A DNA stretch of 63,344 bases, counting the filler, from Choristocarpus tenellus KU-1152 (lineage: Eukaryota; Protista; Phaeophyceae), in the NCBI GenBank assembly GCA_964200185.2. It is 8 parts of 8 records of this genome, joined end to end, with 100 filler letters (N's around TTAATTAATTAA, not from the genome) between each part and the next. Parts side by side here need not be neighbours in the genome. Positions count along the whole stretch, not along the records: positions 27,944 to 46,214 come from CAXNAD020000570.1; positions 46,315 to 49,125 come from CAXNAD020024547.1; positions 49,226 to 52,811 come from CAXNAD020019094.1; positions 52,912 to 58,560 come from CAXNAD020010139.1; 4 more parts are not named here. One strand, written 5' to 3'. Made by a program: the position numbers and the translations under genes. Positions 41,264-55,539 of the stretch are shown one piece after another. The notes beneath the pieces were generated by a model, which was not told the DNA's origin, searched no databases, and worked only from the letters and a program-made list of their open reading frames with translations. How positions within the stretch are numbered: position 1 is the first letter of the stretch; every line of letters begins with the position of its first letter.

Positions 41264-43739
41264 CTAGCTCATAACACACATACAACATATCTTGTGCCCT
41301 CCAACACACAAGACGAAGACCTAGATATATCTTGTCCCATAGCACTTCAATAATATTGATCGAAATGCCTAGAAAGTGTGATCAAAAGGTGATTTGAAAG
41401 TGTTTGGTTATATAGGGCACGCTACTTATGGCCACCCTGTAGATACAACAAACTATTCAGAGAACACGGAGTATGAAATGCGTAAAACCTTTGATTAAAT
41501 ATGGTATGTCGACAGTGAAGTATCATACTGTAGGTTATATAATATTGTTTATATAAAATTGTTTGGTTTGTAATCAAGAGAAATGCACAACAGGATTGCT
41601 ACAGATTAGAGCTCTCTTGATAACATGGAGCCATAATCATACCACACCCTGTGTCTTAACTTCTCCCATATCACCCAAAGTTAATAGAGAGCACACACAG
41701 CTGCGTAGCAGATCTTGCACATGTGATCAATTTCGGCTGGCCCTCCTAGCAACTCAAACTTTGTGTACACCTAGACTACTGTAGAGCACTTGCAATATAA
41801 GCCGTACGTGAGGGATGAGTCCTTTGCAAATTTTCCATGACTCACCTTAATATGAGCATCAAAATATCCCACTTTTGTGGATTGCAACTATCTGATTATT
41901 GTCAAGAAGTACTCTGGAGTGATTGGTACTAGCATTGAAAAGGTTGGATGAGTCGGTCCTTTGACTATTTTTCTATTTGGAGCAGTAGCAGTCTACACAT
42001 GAGGCTCTCACTACAATATCATTAGTATTTACTTTAACGTGAGTGTACCTGTAGCCTCTGGAGACTTTGTGGATCCCATTAGCTGAGTATGCCCTCCCAA
42101 ATGATGGAAATGAATTGGGGGATGGAAACAAGAGGAAGGAATCACAGTCTGAGATACATCTCATGGAGCAGGAAAAGAATGTATAAAAGCCTGCTCAAAA
42201 AAATATACCCAGTGGATCAAGTGCTACCATTTTAGCCCTTCATTGGCATCTCCACACACATATTGAGGAGAGGTGCCAGTCTGACAATATGCTTGGTTGA
42301 AATAGGAAAGCAGGACTTGCTGGTATGGCACGGATTGCACTCTGCCTGTGCCGAGAGGGAACTGCCTTGTCCAAAGAGAGGCGAAAGAGGTTCACAAAAA
42401 ATGTTCTTGTAAAGTTTTGTGGAAGTTCGACTGCTGTCAGTGGCCTGGTGGAGATCATGGTGAGGGAGGACATGCTGTAGCCAGCAAGAGTACTTGCTTG
42501 TTGATGCCCTCCAAAGTGTAACGGATCTTATCTAGGGTGAACAATGAGAGCGGTGGTTTCAATGACACGCACTCAAGTGGTGGCACGAAAAGAGATCAGC
42601 CTTTCTGTGCTTGCCCAATCTTGTCTAGAGGGTTTCGGCCATTCCTGTATTGCAGGCAGCCTTGTAGCGTGTGTTCTCAACACCTCGGACTATCGCAACC
42701 ATTATAATAATTAACAAACTACACAAGAATAATTCACAGCTCCTCATGTGCACATGTAGCAACTGGTTGAAGGTGGCTGCGTGGCAGGTTGCCAAGGATG
42801 GTCAAGACGCAGCTACACCGTGACGACTAGAGTACAGTCACTGCAGCAGTGTATAGTTGTGCTAGTCTAGTATGCAACACAGGGTCTATTGTTGTCTTCC
42901 TTCTATTTCCTGGTTTCGTGCAGAGGCCATTTGGAAAATGTCAGCGGGCACAAAAACTTGAAATTTTTTCAATAAAACGTCACAATATCCCCTTCATAAC
43001 TAACTCTTCGGTCAGATGTTCTCCGGCCCTTTCCTGAGTAGAATACAGGGGAGTAGTTTATATCATGTATGACCAGATGGCTAGTCTGGTGTTTTTAGTG
43101 GGGAAGGATTGCACGAATGGTTGAAATTTGTTTTGTTCACTCCTCTGGTGGAACCCCTCACTGGACAGGTGCACACCTTTTTGAGGTGCTTGTGCTTCAT
43201 GCACACTTCGATTCAATTGAGTACTGTACATCAGAATGTTCCGAAACGGTTCTTCTATAGATCCTTCTATTCACATGAACATCTTCATATATCTGTTGGC
43301 CAACATCATAAGTATATTCCTGGCTACTGCACTGAGCATGGTTGATGTGAACTGCGTGACATTAGTCTAGGTGTAAATTTTCAACTTTGATTGGACCACC
43401 AGACTACCAAGCCAAGTCCTTTCCTCAGGATGGAGTCTTTACTAGTCAAAATGAGGTTGGAACTCAAAGGGACAGATAGGAGTCTGAGGACAAGTACAAA
43501 TCCAATCTCCAAAGTCGGGATTGGCCAGTAGCAAACAGTCCATTGACAACAACCTCATTCACTGATTGCAGGTATGTATCCATGTTCAAAATTTAGACTG
43601 CACAATCGAGAGGAATGCAGGTTTTGGCCATAGTTTTGCCTTGTAAGTCACTTTTTTCATCTTTTGCAACTCACCGGTATTTCTATGGCTTAATCATTTC
43701 GATTGAGTTTAGTGTGTTGATTTGTATATTGCAAACAAA

Positions 43740-43998
43740 GCGTGAAAGTATCTTAGAGGGTACGAGTTTTGCCCTGTTCGTCCAATTGGGGCTTGGCTTC
43801 CCATTGTTTTTTTTTAATGACATTTTACCTACTCCAAAATGTTTCAGAGTAGGTAAAAGGTATACCTTATAAAAGTGTGCCCGAAACGTAGATGTTAAAA
43901 CTTCCTAACAAACACGATGACCAAAATTAGATCAAAATCGCAAAATTGGATTTTGAACCCCAAATGGACGCACCTCTGCCCTCTAAGGTACTTTACCC
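43740..43998. mobile_element. MITE family A, full length, TSD CAAA
   Basis: caaa|gcgtgaaagtatcttagagggta...tgccctctaaggtactttaccc|caaa. Confidence 0.9.
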
Positions 43999-46314
43999 CA
44001 AATTTCAATAGAGATAAAAAATAAAAGTCTCTAGAGAGGTAGGTAGGTGCCTGTAGAAAATTCGAATTTTATACCTTTTTGTCGGCATCCTTAAAATGCA
44101 ACCCTGGGTATCTCTCGTTCACTTCGATCCATATTAGCCTTCTACAAGAATCCCCTCAAACCCTTTGATACTTGAAAAAGAGCTCAAGAGTAAACGTACT
44201 TGTCAAGGTTTGGCACCACACGCATCACTGCCCGGCAGTGTATATACTTTTAGTTCATCTCATGCAGGGCCATACTTAACCCTTTTTTCCATGCTTCAAG
44301 ACCAAGGTGATGAATGCTTGTTAAGGAGGCCATGATCGCCCCTGGTGCGCAAACTCGCTGGATCCTAGTGAGAGAGCAAGCACGTGTATTATATCAAGGA
44401 ACAAAAGAAAGGGCTACGTCAGAAAATGAACTTGACCACACACACAGGGCATCAATTTCTATTTGACGATCAATTGCTACAGGGCATTGGTAGCCTTGCT
44501 ACAACCTCAGGGTAGTAGGCGGTGACCCCCAGCAATGTAGAATAACCTAAACACGTTTTCGCTTGGTGCTCTACCTCTCGTAGCAAGCAGGTGCTGCAAC
44601 AACCATCATGTTGTCAAAGTCATTGATGTGAAACCGCCTCTGACAGTGTGGATACAGGGTAAGATATGGGGCATAGTGTTATATGGAGAGATACTCGTGT
44701 GGATTGAGTGGAGTTTTTGCACTGTAGGAAGTGAACAAAAAAAAATTGCTCGCTGATTCTTATTTTGAATTGTGTAAGATACAAGCACACAATCACGTGC
44801 GATCAGTCGAACAAGGTAACGGTAACGAAAATATCCCCCCAGCCCTGCCTGAGGTGAAAATAGTTGGTGATGGCTCCTATTCTAAGTGCATTTCCTTTTT
44901 CTAAAGTTGCTACAAAATTGATTATGAGACGTGAAGTGATGAAGCTGAGCCCATTCATAGCTCCATCTATGAAGCTCTATGGTGTGACACAGAAGTGATA
45001 AAGAGCGAATGAGATCAAGCAGGAATACAGATCTGCTAATGACAGACTTAACAGGTACATTTTTGATGATGCAGATTGTGCCACAAAGTGGTACCAAGCA
45101 ACACACAGACTCCAGAGTTGTTGCGCAGAATGCTGGTGGACAATGCAATGTAAATAGAGAGCGCCAAGCAACTCTAAATTATAGCTGTTCTTCACAATTT
45201 CATTTAAAAAAAGAAGAATTTGTGTTGCTACCTCCTGTCCGAACAATCACAGTATTTACAAGATCGATTGGCTTAATTCTGGTTCATATCCAATTTTTGC
45301 TCGTCGTGATGGGAAGGAGATGAAGGGTCAAGAATGGATAACTGAGCTGTTAGCCCAATGAAACCCTTTATCCCCAGATGTGACGATCGAGAAGTGGCAG
45401 AGGGACCTGAAGGAGACTACCTTAGCCTTGAAGAAGAAAGGCGCCTGCTGTGAGTATGTCTGGAGTGACTGGTCCTTGAGAAATTTGTTGATGCCTCCCA
45501 GCTGCAGTATTAACGACCTCATTTTTAGACCAGCAAAAATACACCATGAGGAGAGGCACTGTCATGTGACCACCTCTAGGTGTGATGCATTATACCAATT
45601 TGTCTTGGGCCTTTTATTTTTCCTGATGATGTGCCCTGCTGCAGACAGACAGGTACTACAGCTGCAATAGCTACAACAGTGGCTGGAGAGACTGCCAACA
45701 CACAACCTACCTTACCTTCAATAAAGCCTTGCGTCAATGATATATTACTCCCGTAAATGGTGGTATGTATTGTCTTGTAATGATTTTTAAAACCAATCCA
45801 TCATCTCTCTCCTCTCCTAAATCATAGAGGGGCCTTTCTCATCCATGCCGACGGCGGACCTGGAAACATAGGGGAAGATGAGCACGCCCACTTGCCTACT
45901 CAAAACCAACTGTGTCTTAAGAAAGTGAGTCTGAATTGCCTTTACAACTGCACTTGTTCTGGTTTTGAGAGAGAACCGGCCTTCTTTCATGCCCAATCTT
46001 TTGTTCCACAAATTGAACCAATCACTTTGGAGCCACTCTAGCCTCAACTTATCTGGGGGTGGGGGGTGGTGGCTGTCCATTTGGGGCCAATTTTTTGATG
46101 TCGCGATTTTTGGGTGATTCGGTTGCACAAGTTGGATGGATAATGTAAGCACACTTTTCCTGATTATGACCCAAAATGGACACCCTGGTGTAGATTCCGA
46201 GCGTGCCCCCCCCCNNNNNNNNNNNNNNNNNNNNNNNNNNNNNNNNNNNNNNNNNNNNTTAATTAATTAANNNNNNNNNNNNNNNNNNNNNNNNNNNNNN
46301 NNNNNNNNNNNNNN

Positions 46315-46408
46315 TAACAAACACGATAGCCAAAATTACATCAGAACCGCCACATTGGATTTTGGCCACCAAATGGACGCGGCTCTACCTTCTAAGATAC
46401 TTTGGCTC
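46315..46408. mobile_element. MITE family A, right end
   Basis: caaatggacgcggctctaccttctaagatactttggctc. Confidence 0.85.
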
Positions 46409-46599
46409 ACACCTTTTCGGGGTATTCTAATCAGGGCGGTTTCGGTTCTCGATGTATCAAACACACCCTTCTCCGTGCTTTCAAAGTGGGGTGTCATCCT
46501 CCATGACCGTACTCATGGAACACTTCGTGACCAAACATTGTACAAGCACCTTCCACCGAACAAAGATGCAGTATTATCTATGTTCGCATCATGAAGATA

Positions 46600-48350
46600 C
46601 ATCGCCAATGTCAAAGGGAAACAAACCCACCCAACTCATATCGTAACCTCCTTCGGATCCCACTCAGGAAATGGGAACTAAAGAGACTGCCCAAGACCAG
46701 TGCCGTCCGTTCGTGAAAGAAATCCAAAACGGACCATATCATAACCTCTTCCTCTCCATGTTTGTCAACCATGATGGTTCAGAAGAGATGGAAGGAAGCG
46801 GCCGCACTTGGAATGACCTTGCCTCTTGGCTGTAGGATGAGAGAAGCAGATTTGCACCGTTGGCAAGCGCACTGCAAGTTGTGCTGGCTCGGGAACAACG
46901 CGAGTCCACACCTGATCTCCAGGTCAAGACATTCCTAAAATGTGTCAGGAAAGATCTTAGCACCGAGCACACCCGCCAGGTATACAAATCCATCCTCGCC
47001 AGCATCACTCCTGTGTTGAAATAGTTGATGATGGGGTGACATCCACGTTTCAACCCCTTCTGTCCGTCACAGCAAGAAAATACGACATCGACGTCGATAC
47101 ACTAAGGTCATCCGCCAAAAAACGGACGGAATTCATGTGAGGCATGCGGCGACAGGCGAGCCCCTCCGCATCGGCTACCGATGTAGATGGAGGATTGTCT
47201 CCCGTATCCGACACCCACGCCCCTCGCTACTCTCCTCAAGACACCACCCACAGGTACAGAAGTTCTTTCTAATCAATCATCAACGGTGCGACACACATAA
47301 CTTGGACCCCACGCAAACGAGTCCACTGTATGTCGAAAACAATTTCATCACTATCAGATGCCCGAATGATCCCTTACATTCTGGTGCACAACCGACACAT
47401 GCCCCACATCTCCCATTGGACCTCTGACAAAACTGCAGATCAAGGGTATTCGACGTGAGAAGGGACAGCTCCTCGCGACAATTCGATGTGCAGCATCCCG
47501 ATACACATGTTCTTGGTATCACCGTATGGGAGAGCAACAGCACCGCCATGCCCCACGATCAGGTCACATCTCACGATTCCACCCAGGGCATGCACTACTT
47601 AGACACGCATATGAACAAGAGAGTTTGTCGCCTGGATGCACTGTGCCAACAGCACCCTCAGAGGTACTCTACACTAGCGAGTGTCATCCTCACAAATATT
47701 GCGCACATATCCACTCTCGACACTTTATGGATTAATCATTGTAACATGTTCATCCTCGACCAACACAACTCTAACATTACACTACATATACGTGGCGCAA
47801 CCAACGTGACAGCAGGTCACAGATTGGGACAGATGAGGATGTCTACGCCAATTTCAGGTAGAGATTCGAACAGGAGGGGACGTCAGGACGAATACCCTGT
47901 CCGTCGACATTCGTGAAGTGGAGACCGTTCTACGTAGACCACAAAGACCAAGACAAGGTGTGTGCGGAAATATTCTTTCGATTTTTAGGAGACACGCTAC
48001 AGTGATGACTGGGTAAATCTATGTTTCCTAACCGCCACGGGGTACCCAGTCACTTACTGCATCGTCCGTGTCCACACACAAGGGGTGCTAACCCACCGTA
48101 TCCCTCCCTCCACTCTTCTACGCAACACAGATCGTGCGTTTGCATTCACCACATGACCACCGACCTCCAGATTTAGTGCCTAAGAGAGAACTGGAAGAAA
48201 GTACATACACGAGGACGTTCTTTGGCGACGATGGACAACGCACTTGCGCATGCACATGCGCATTCCGCGACAAAGGCAAATGATACGAATCTGAAGAAGT
48301 GGAGGCCGCACTCGAAAGTGGTGCTCATTTAATGGCCTTCCTCTTGTAAG
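46600..48350 (+). mobile_element. Ty1/copia RT-RNaseH relic
   Basis: Decayed motifs occur in the expected order: LPLGCRM (IGC.WV), TVGKRTASCAGSG (KARLVA.G), TREFVAWM (YREAVGSL), TLHIRGAT (LRYLKGT), GRDSNRRG (D..DRRS). Confidence 0.45.
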
Positions 48351-50486
48351 TTTCTATGCCAAATCACACCCACGACGTGGCGAATGTGTGAGTACGACGA
48401 GCAGGAATGGTATCCAAAATAATGTAACCACACTGTAGATATACACCAACGTACTCGCCCTCAAACCGTTTCACTACGTCCTCTAAAAATATGGCAGCGA
48501 AAACCGGACTCCACTAGTGACATTCGATCCCTACTCAAACCTCTACACTGACAACAACAACCGCTCTTGGACGAATCGAAACAAAACAGATGCGAGAGGA
48601 CCGTGCTGGAGTCCCTCAGCATACCGTCTTCTGGCGGTTCCTTGGGCAGTTTCAAAAATGATTGTGTCGATGGTACATGTGACAGGTGTGACAGGTAATC
48701 TCACCCGATGTGGAAGCGCCCTTGTATGTTGGACTCTCACAGCACCCACGCCACATGGAACGGGTTCGTCCACGCATACACCCTGGTGGTGGAGGCCGAC
48801 CTGCAACGAAAGACTTGCCAGGAGATAAAGGTGTGCCATATCCAAACACTCACCAACTAGATAGATTTTGAAGATGAACTTGTCCGGTTCCACCCTCATG
48901 CCGGGTCCCGGACCGATACAGCAATCTACCCTACCCATTGACCATATCTCCTTGTTCACATCCAGACCACACACCTATGCTCCAATAAATCTCTATGTCC
49001 GTCTGCACTGCTACACAGGCGCTGTCCTCTACTCTTGGCATCGCCACCCCCAGCAGGACCACCAAAGATGGGGTCAATGTATCTGGGGGGGGGGGGGGTG
49101 GTTTATGAGGGGGCGTCCGTTTCGGNNNNNNNNNNNNNNNNNNNNNNNNNNNNNNNNNNNNNNNNNNNNTTAATTAATTAANNNNNNNNNNNNNNNNNNN
49201 NNNNNNNNNNNNNNNNNNNNNNNNNCTCATTTCGAAATTCGAATGTTGGATGTTCTGTTCTTGCTGCAACATTCTTGTTGCATTCTCATACTATTTGTGT
49301 TTCATCTTTCCCCCCCCCCCCTCCTTGGAATACTGCCTCTGTGCGCAGTGAGATTATTTTGTTGTGGTGTTCTTTCCTCTTGTGATGATTTATTATTCTT
49401 TTTTCGTTTTTCCCGAGTGCTCTTACACACAATGACCACACCGGCTCTACCCAGTAAGAATAAGAATAATAGTGGAGACTGTTGAGCTTCTTGTTTCATT
49501 TTGTGGAGTATTTACAGATGAGGAAATCCTGAGGAAAGGAACAAACTTGGCTTGTCGGTGATGATCATTATGCCAATCGCTTGCTTTGTGCTGCTGTGTT
49601 TTATATATATATAATTGCGGTAGAGGTTTTGGCGCTGTCTGAGGCGTTATTCTGCTGAATGGTGTTTGAATACTATTGTGGAAGGGTGGATCATGACTGA
49701 TACGAAAAATAATGTGAATAAAGAGAAATAAATGGTACCCTTACAGTGGTTTTGCTGTCTGATTCATTCTTACGTATTAGTGTGTTTATTTGCATTGGAC
49801 ATTTGCAGGTTTCCTAGAGAGGGAATAAAATATTGCACAAAGTCAAAAGTAACTTCACTGAAGAAAATTCAAGTTGTCAATTAAGGAGATACCACTGTAT
49901 CACCAGGGAAGCCATTTTTGTGGCTGACTGCCCCAGTGGTATAGTGGTATCTTGATATTTGACATATGAAATCAGGCCTCCACCCCCCTACCCCCCCCCG
50001 TTCTATAATAAGTCTCGTTTCTATGGGGTAGGTTGGTCTCCTCCATGAAGAGATCGAAGGTAGATTAGATTTTACAACTTATTTTTATTATTATTGTTAT
50101 GTTTTGTTGAGGGTCAGTGAATCTTCTCAATACATGTATCTGTCTTAAGAGGGGTGCCAGTTTGTAGGACACGCCATAGGCTGAGCATCTTAGACATACA
50201 TCAAAACAACAGGTTTGGGGGAATGGGGGCGTAAATTGGGATCATTTTTTGTATGTTCCTAAGACGGATCTTTTCCTTTTGAGTCTAATGCGTACTTGTA
50301 GTGGTTGAAATTGGTGCACTTTTATGTATTCACGCCTCCCTTACTTTCTAAAAAGAGTAGAAGCACTGACAGTTTTGTAGACACGTTGTAATTGGATCAA
50401 GTGAGGCTTGCTGTGTGACCCACCCTGTTCGCTGACCCCCTATCCCCTATGCTCTCACCCCTCCCTATTGTTTATTATTGGGGCAG

Positions 50487-52811
50487 GTCCGAGGTAGGAC
50501 GTCAAGGTATCCTGGTGTTTCCTTCTTCAAAGGTCGTTTCACAGCTCAACTTACGTGGGGTGGTAAGCAAGTGAGTGGAATATGAGAAAAAAAAATTGTA
50601 GCTACTCTCCCCAACATCATCGCCCCCAAAAAAATCATGTGCGTGTGTGTGTGTGTGTATGCAACCAGGGTGTAGTTATTTTGAAATGTTTGTCTCTGTA
50701 ATGCACTGTGTTGCAAATAAAAAATACAACTGGGAGACTTCACACTGTTTTGCTGAATGGGGTAGGCTTTCAAATAGGTGTTCGCTTATGCGGCATGTCA
50801 AAATGCTTGTCATGGACACACTGCAGTACCTTAACCTGCATGAGAAGGCCCTTCTTGTAAGACATCCACGCCAACAACTGTGCATCCACCCTCTATCCCA
50901 CTTCCGTCCCCTCCCCTCCCTCTCTCCTGCTTGTCATTGGGGGTACTGGACAACCTCACTTGTTGTAATATATATGTATTGTGAAATGGAATAAATGGAA
51001 CGATCAGTACTATCTCAGTCGATATGATAGTGAGGAGGCTGCACACAGCGTGGTTCGAAGGGCACTAAAGGAGGTGATGGTGAGTACTACTCTTAAGTTG
51101 CTTTGTCTCTTGTCTTGTGATGAAAGTGGTCTAAGCAATGAAAGGTTCATATTCAAGTTCCCCAGAGTTTAGGCTAGATGAAGAGATTGATGTCATGTTG
51201 GATGTGTGACATGTAAGATGGTGAAGGGGGCTGCGCTCCATTTGGTTGATTCTCAAGACGGGGAGGAGGGTAATGTTGTTCATCCTGCCAAACAGGATAG
51301 GCATTTTCATGTGCAAGACTGTGCCCAGATTCCATCACTTGCCATATGTGACACAGTTGCAGCTGAAGCTGTGGTAGTAGCCCATGGTACAGACAACCTT
51401 GGGTGACTATGAAAGTGTGCTGTTACTATCAGGGCGTTTGGGGGAGATTTGGGGTTAGGGATATAACTGATGTCATCAATGCCCTACCCACTATTATTGT
51501 CTAGCGATGAGACTTTAGAACAACACCAAGAAATTTATTCTGTGTACTGGCAAGGCATGTTGAAAATAGAGTGTGGCGGATGAGAGAGTCGGTGGTCAGG
51601 CAAAAGCTGCTATCGGCTATTCCCGGAAGAGATCTCCTATGCAGCAGGGTTTCGAAGTCCCCCAAGAGAGTGCTTTTGTGGGTCTCCATTTTCTAGATGC
51701 ATGATCTAATCACACCCCAAAAAAATCGCCACTGTTGTTGGCTAGGTATTAATTGCTGGGCTTTAGCGGTCTTTTTGGTGCATTCTATCTTACGGTTGAG
51801 TGCCTCGTGCTACTATTGAATGTGATAATGGCAAAGAGGCCCGAGAAATGAAAGTAGTAGTCCTGAAGTATGCATGGATGAGTGACGTCTTCATTTTGCA
51901 GGTGTGTACACTTTTTTTTGTCTGGGTTTTGCTGTGCCGGCAGCTACAACTATCCACAACAGTTTCGGTTCTGTTCGTAGCGACAGGGACAACACACTTA
52001 TGTTTTCCATGGCTGAACTTCCCAATCCTCTCTATTTGTAATATGAAGGAAACAGGCAAACTTACCTTGCCTCGGGCCAAGGGTGATGAGGTGCTTGACC
52101 TAGGCCCCGCTCGCTATCCGGAGGGGTGGCCTGGGGATGAATGGGATAAATATGGGACAGGAAACTCCGCACCTCCACCTGCCCCTGCGCCTGTCCCTCC
52201 TGTCCCTTCTGTCCCTCCTGTCCCTTCTGTCCCTCCTGTCCCTTCTGTCCCTCCTGTCCCTTCTGTCCCTTCTGTCCCTCCCACCCCCTCTGTTCCACCA
52301 ATCCAGACCTCAGTGGGGAATTCGATTCAGAACCAACCAAGGGGTCCTTCATGGAATGCCCAGCAGGCTGCTTGGCACAATGTGCAAGCCAGTACCCCAT
52401 TAACAGCTAAACAGTCCATGCAGATGCCTCTGTCCCACCCAGGACAAGCATCCAGTGTGCAGGCAGTCCTTCCACCCCACCTTCAAACTCGCTCACCTTT
52501 CACTCAATATCCTCAGTTTGGCAATGTTTCTGTTGGTGCTGTAACTCCAACCACTGCATCGTTAACACACCACCCTGGAATGCCATTGCTGGCACCTGCG
52601 GGAGCGGTTGTGCCCAGCAGTATGCAAGGAAGAATTCCTGGTGGCATGCAGGGCAACCTGCCCACCGGAATGCCATCCAGTATGCAAGGAAACATGCACA
52701 GAGGAATTTTGATGGGAATGCCTGGGGGGATGCAGGGGACAGTGCCAAGCTTTCCTCATGCACAGAGTGCGATGGCGCTGCCATCCCCACCCCCTGGTCT
52801 TGTGTACGCAC
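50487..52811 (+). CDS. AP2-domain DNA-binding protein with Pro/Gln/Met-rich low-complexity region (partial)
   Basis: Exons 50487-50570 and 51008-51079 join in phase 0 to give VRGRTSRYPGVSFFKGRFTAQLTWGGKQ|YYLSRYDSEEAAHSVVRRALKEVM, matching the AP2 pattern S.Y.GV.....W/F.A.I...GK..YLG.Y.SEE.A. The next exon runs from ~52049 (ETGKLTLPRAKG...) to the linker and contains (PPVPSV)n and MQG/MP repeats. Confidence 0.8.
52192..52282 (+). repeat. Coding 9/18-bp tandem repeat (PPVPSV)n
   Basis: ctgtccctc/ctgtccctt units, in frame. Confidence 0.9.
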
Positions 52812-55539
52812 NNNNNNNNNNNNNNNNNNNNNNNNNNNNNNNNNNNNNNNNNNNNTTAATTAATTAANNNNNNNNNNNNNNNNNNNNNNNNNNNNNNNNN
52901 NNNNNNNNNNNCAGTGTCTCTGTACTCTCCTCAACACTACTGTTGGTGCTGCTGTCCTCTGCCATTGTTGAGAATGAAATAATAAATATTGCACTATACT
53001 ACTAATCGACAACCTTAAAAACAGGTTTGTTTCTCAGTGCTTCGTTCTGTCCTGCTTAATTTCCTTTTCATTTGTGGTACGGCGATATGCAATGTCATTC
53101 TTTTCGTGATGTTGTGAATCTCAGATCCTGTGAACCAAATACCCACCGATACGTTATGCCATAGAACAAAATGAAATCATGAAGTGTCGTGGCCCTACAT
53201 ATTGTTCAAGAGTACATTTTATATTTTGACGTAACACACGTGAATGTTGAAAGGGCAACACTATGGCCGTAAACTGAAGACAAAGATACATAATATTGTG
53301 TTACCCCTCTCTAGATCAAAACATACACAACATGATATAACTCATGTACTTGTACTGAACATTTATCGAAATGTTTCCACTGTTTTGTGTTATAGGTGTT
53401 GAGTTTTGCAAGGTGTGCATTTTTGTACCACATCCACATGTATTTTCTTAAGTTTTGTAAGCAGGGGTGACTCCCAGAGGTGGATTGTTGTGCGTGACTG
53501 ACCGTAGGAAGTGCCTGTATCATCTGAAAGTCTTTTTAGCATCACTTGGCATATAACTTGCACACCCATACGAATACTGGACCCTTCAATATTTCCCCCA
53601 ACCTGCCCCTCTGCCCCACAGCGCTTCAAACTTCTGGTCCCCAGGGGTGCGCCCCCTGTCCATGCGGACTATATGGTAACCCTCACCCCAAAAGATCTTC
53701 TTATGGATCTCCAAGTGTCACTGGCCTGACATATACCTTGAGTGCATATGCAAAAGATAGGAGATAGGCAAGGCACAGGGCAAAGGGCTAAATAGGAAGT
53801 CATTGCTGCAATGACCTTTGACTTTCTTGGGGTTTTTCTTTCATTGTATTCTTCTCTTGGGTGATGTTCTATTTATGATCGATTTTGCACATCCATGAAA
53901 GAAACATGTTCATGTGTAATTGCCTTGCATTTTTCTAAACCATAATTGGCATACTGATCATTTGATCTTCAGCATGTGGCAGTTAAAGGCAGGGGCGGGC
54001 TGATGATGAAGAGTGGGTATTGTCTCCTTCTGTTTTGATCTGATTTGTGAAGAAAAATAGATATTACACTAATCAACTGTTGTGCTTCCTGCTATAGTTT
54101 GTATTTTGCGGTGCATAACATGTGTACCCTTTTCCTGTATGAGTTTTTTTTTTCTTTCAAATTTTCAAAGCAAAGTGGAGCCTTTTAATTCTGGTCTAGA
54201 AATCCTACATTGCCTGAGCATCTCCAAATGTTCCCTCTCTGGGAGATTCAGGAATCCCTCGCCAGACTTACCCACCCAACGCTAGTTCAACTTTTAATGC
54301 ATCTCATAGTACATCTTGCAAGATCAAATTCATATGACACATTGTTTTGCTATTCACGGCTTTGAATTGCCTGGCCCACACTTTATGGAATCGTCCAGTT
54401 GAAAGATGAAAGTCTCAAGCTCAAAGCACCCAGGAACCCAATTCAATGTCTATTGTGGCGTGCACTACAGTTGAGATGGACAATCCTTTGCAACCCAAAA
54501 TACATGTTGCACAAAAAATCGTGCTCATTGGTTTCCTAGGCCCTGCCATTTACTCCCAAAAATGCTTGATGACCAAATGGGAAAATCACCAAAAAAACAG
54601 CGTCCCAAGATGGGCACAAGAATGGCATATTCAAAGCTCATGTCCAAGCCTCCCCAGCCTGTACCACTGGAACAGGCACTTGAATACATGATGGCACCCC
54701 AGAAGACTTGAAACCCTGGCAGGATACAGAAGGAATTAGTATGCACAACTTTCCTCCTATATTCCATCTGTAAACCAAAGCAATTTTATCTTGCTAAACA
54801 GATATAGTTCCACTGTAGTAAGAGCTGACCCATTTGCCAGTCGCTTGACACTTCAGCATGATCGACCAAATGGATGGAAGGCAACCTTCAAGCTAAAAAA
54901 CTTCGTTTGAACCTCCAGTTGTCACTGGGCTGGCACATATCTTGGGTGTATACGCAAGAAGAGACTGGGGTGAGTGAGGATGGGTGCAGGCGGGGCTAAA
55001 AGCTAAACAGGAAACCACTTCGGCTATGACCTTCAACTCCCTTGTCCCTCTTTGATATGAATCTTCTCTTCTCCTAGCTGCAGACTCACTGTGATACTGG
55101 GGAAGATCATGAGGGGGAAAAGCTTACGAGCACTTGGGGTTCTTGGGTCAGGACTATCACTGGAAGTGCCATTGCCACTCCTGCTGTCCTCCTATATTAT
55201 GCGAGCAAGGATGATGCAACATCATCATCAGTGAACTGACAGTTTGTTGGCTTCTTCTCTTCCTCCCTCCACTGGTCCCAACCAAGATAGGCATCTCTTC
55301 TTGTCTTAGTAATCCCCAATATTTTTGTGGCAAATACCCTCTCTGTGCTACCACCAGCACTACTCTTTGGTTTGCCAGGCCTTGTCAAGACCAAGTGAGG
55401 ACTACCTGTGAGGATGGTAGTCATCAATTGAACAGGCAATGGTTTTACTCCCCACAATAACCTGCCCACTAGTAGTCACAGAGAATGCTTGGAGGATAGC
55501 ATGAATCTGAACTCGTTGATGGTAAGAGTTACCCTACTA

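Noticed and set aside
48290-48340. Hammerhead-like CTGAAGA-stem-CGAAA
   Set aside because: The stem II register is off by one base, stem I cannot form, and it lies within a copia relic.
51800-52048. Hydrophobic N-terminus of the 355-aa ORF suggesting a membrane protein
   Set aside because: It is most likely intron read-through. The real exon probably starts at the acceptor near 52049.
53622-53675. Isolated exon-like segment with a good acceptor and donor
   Set aside because: No partner exons or recognisable protein were found, and the frame is ambiguous.
54380-54900. Possible Merlin/ISXO2-like transposase relic
   Set aside because: The motif resemblance is too weak to support without a profile search.
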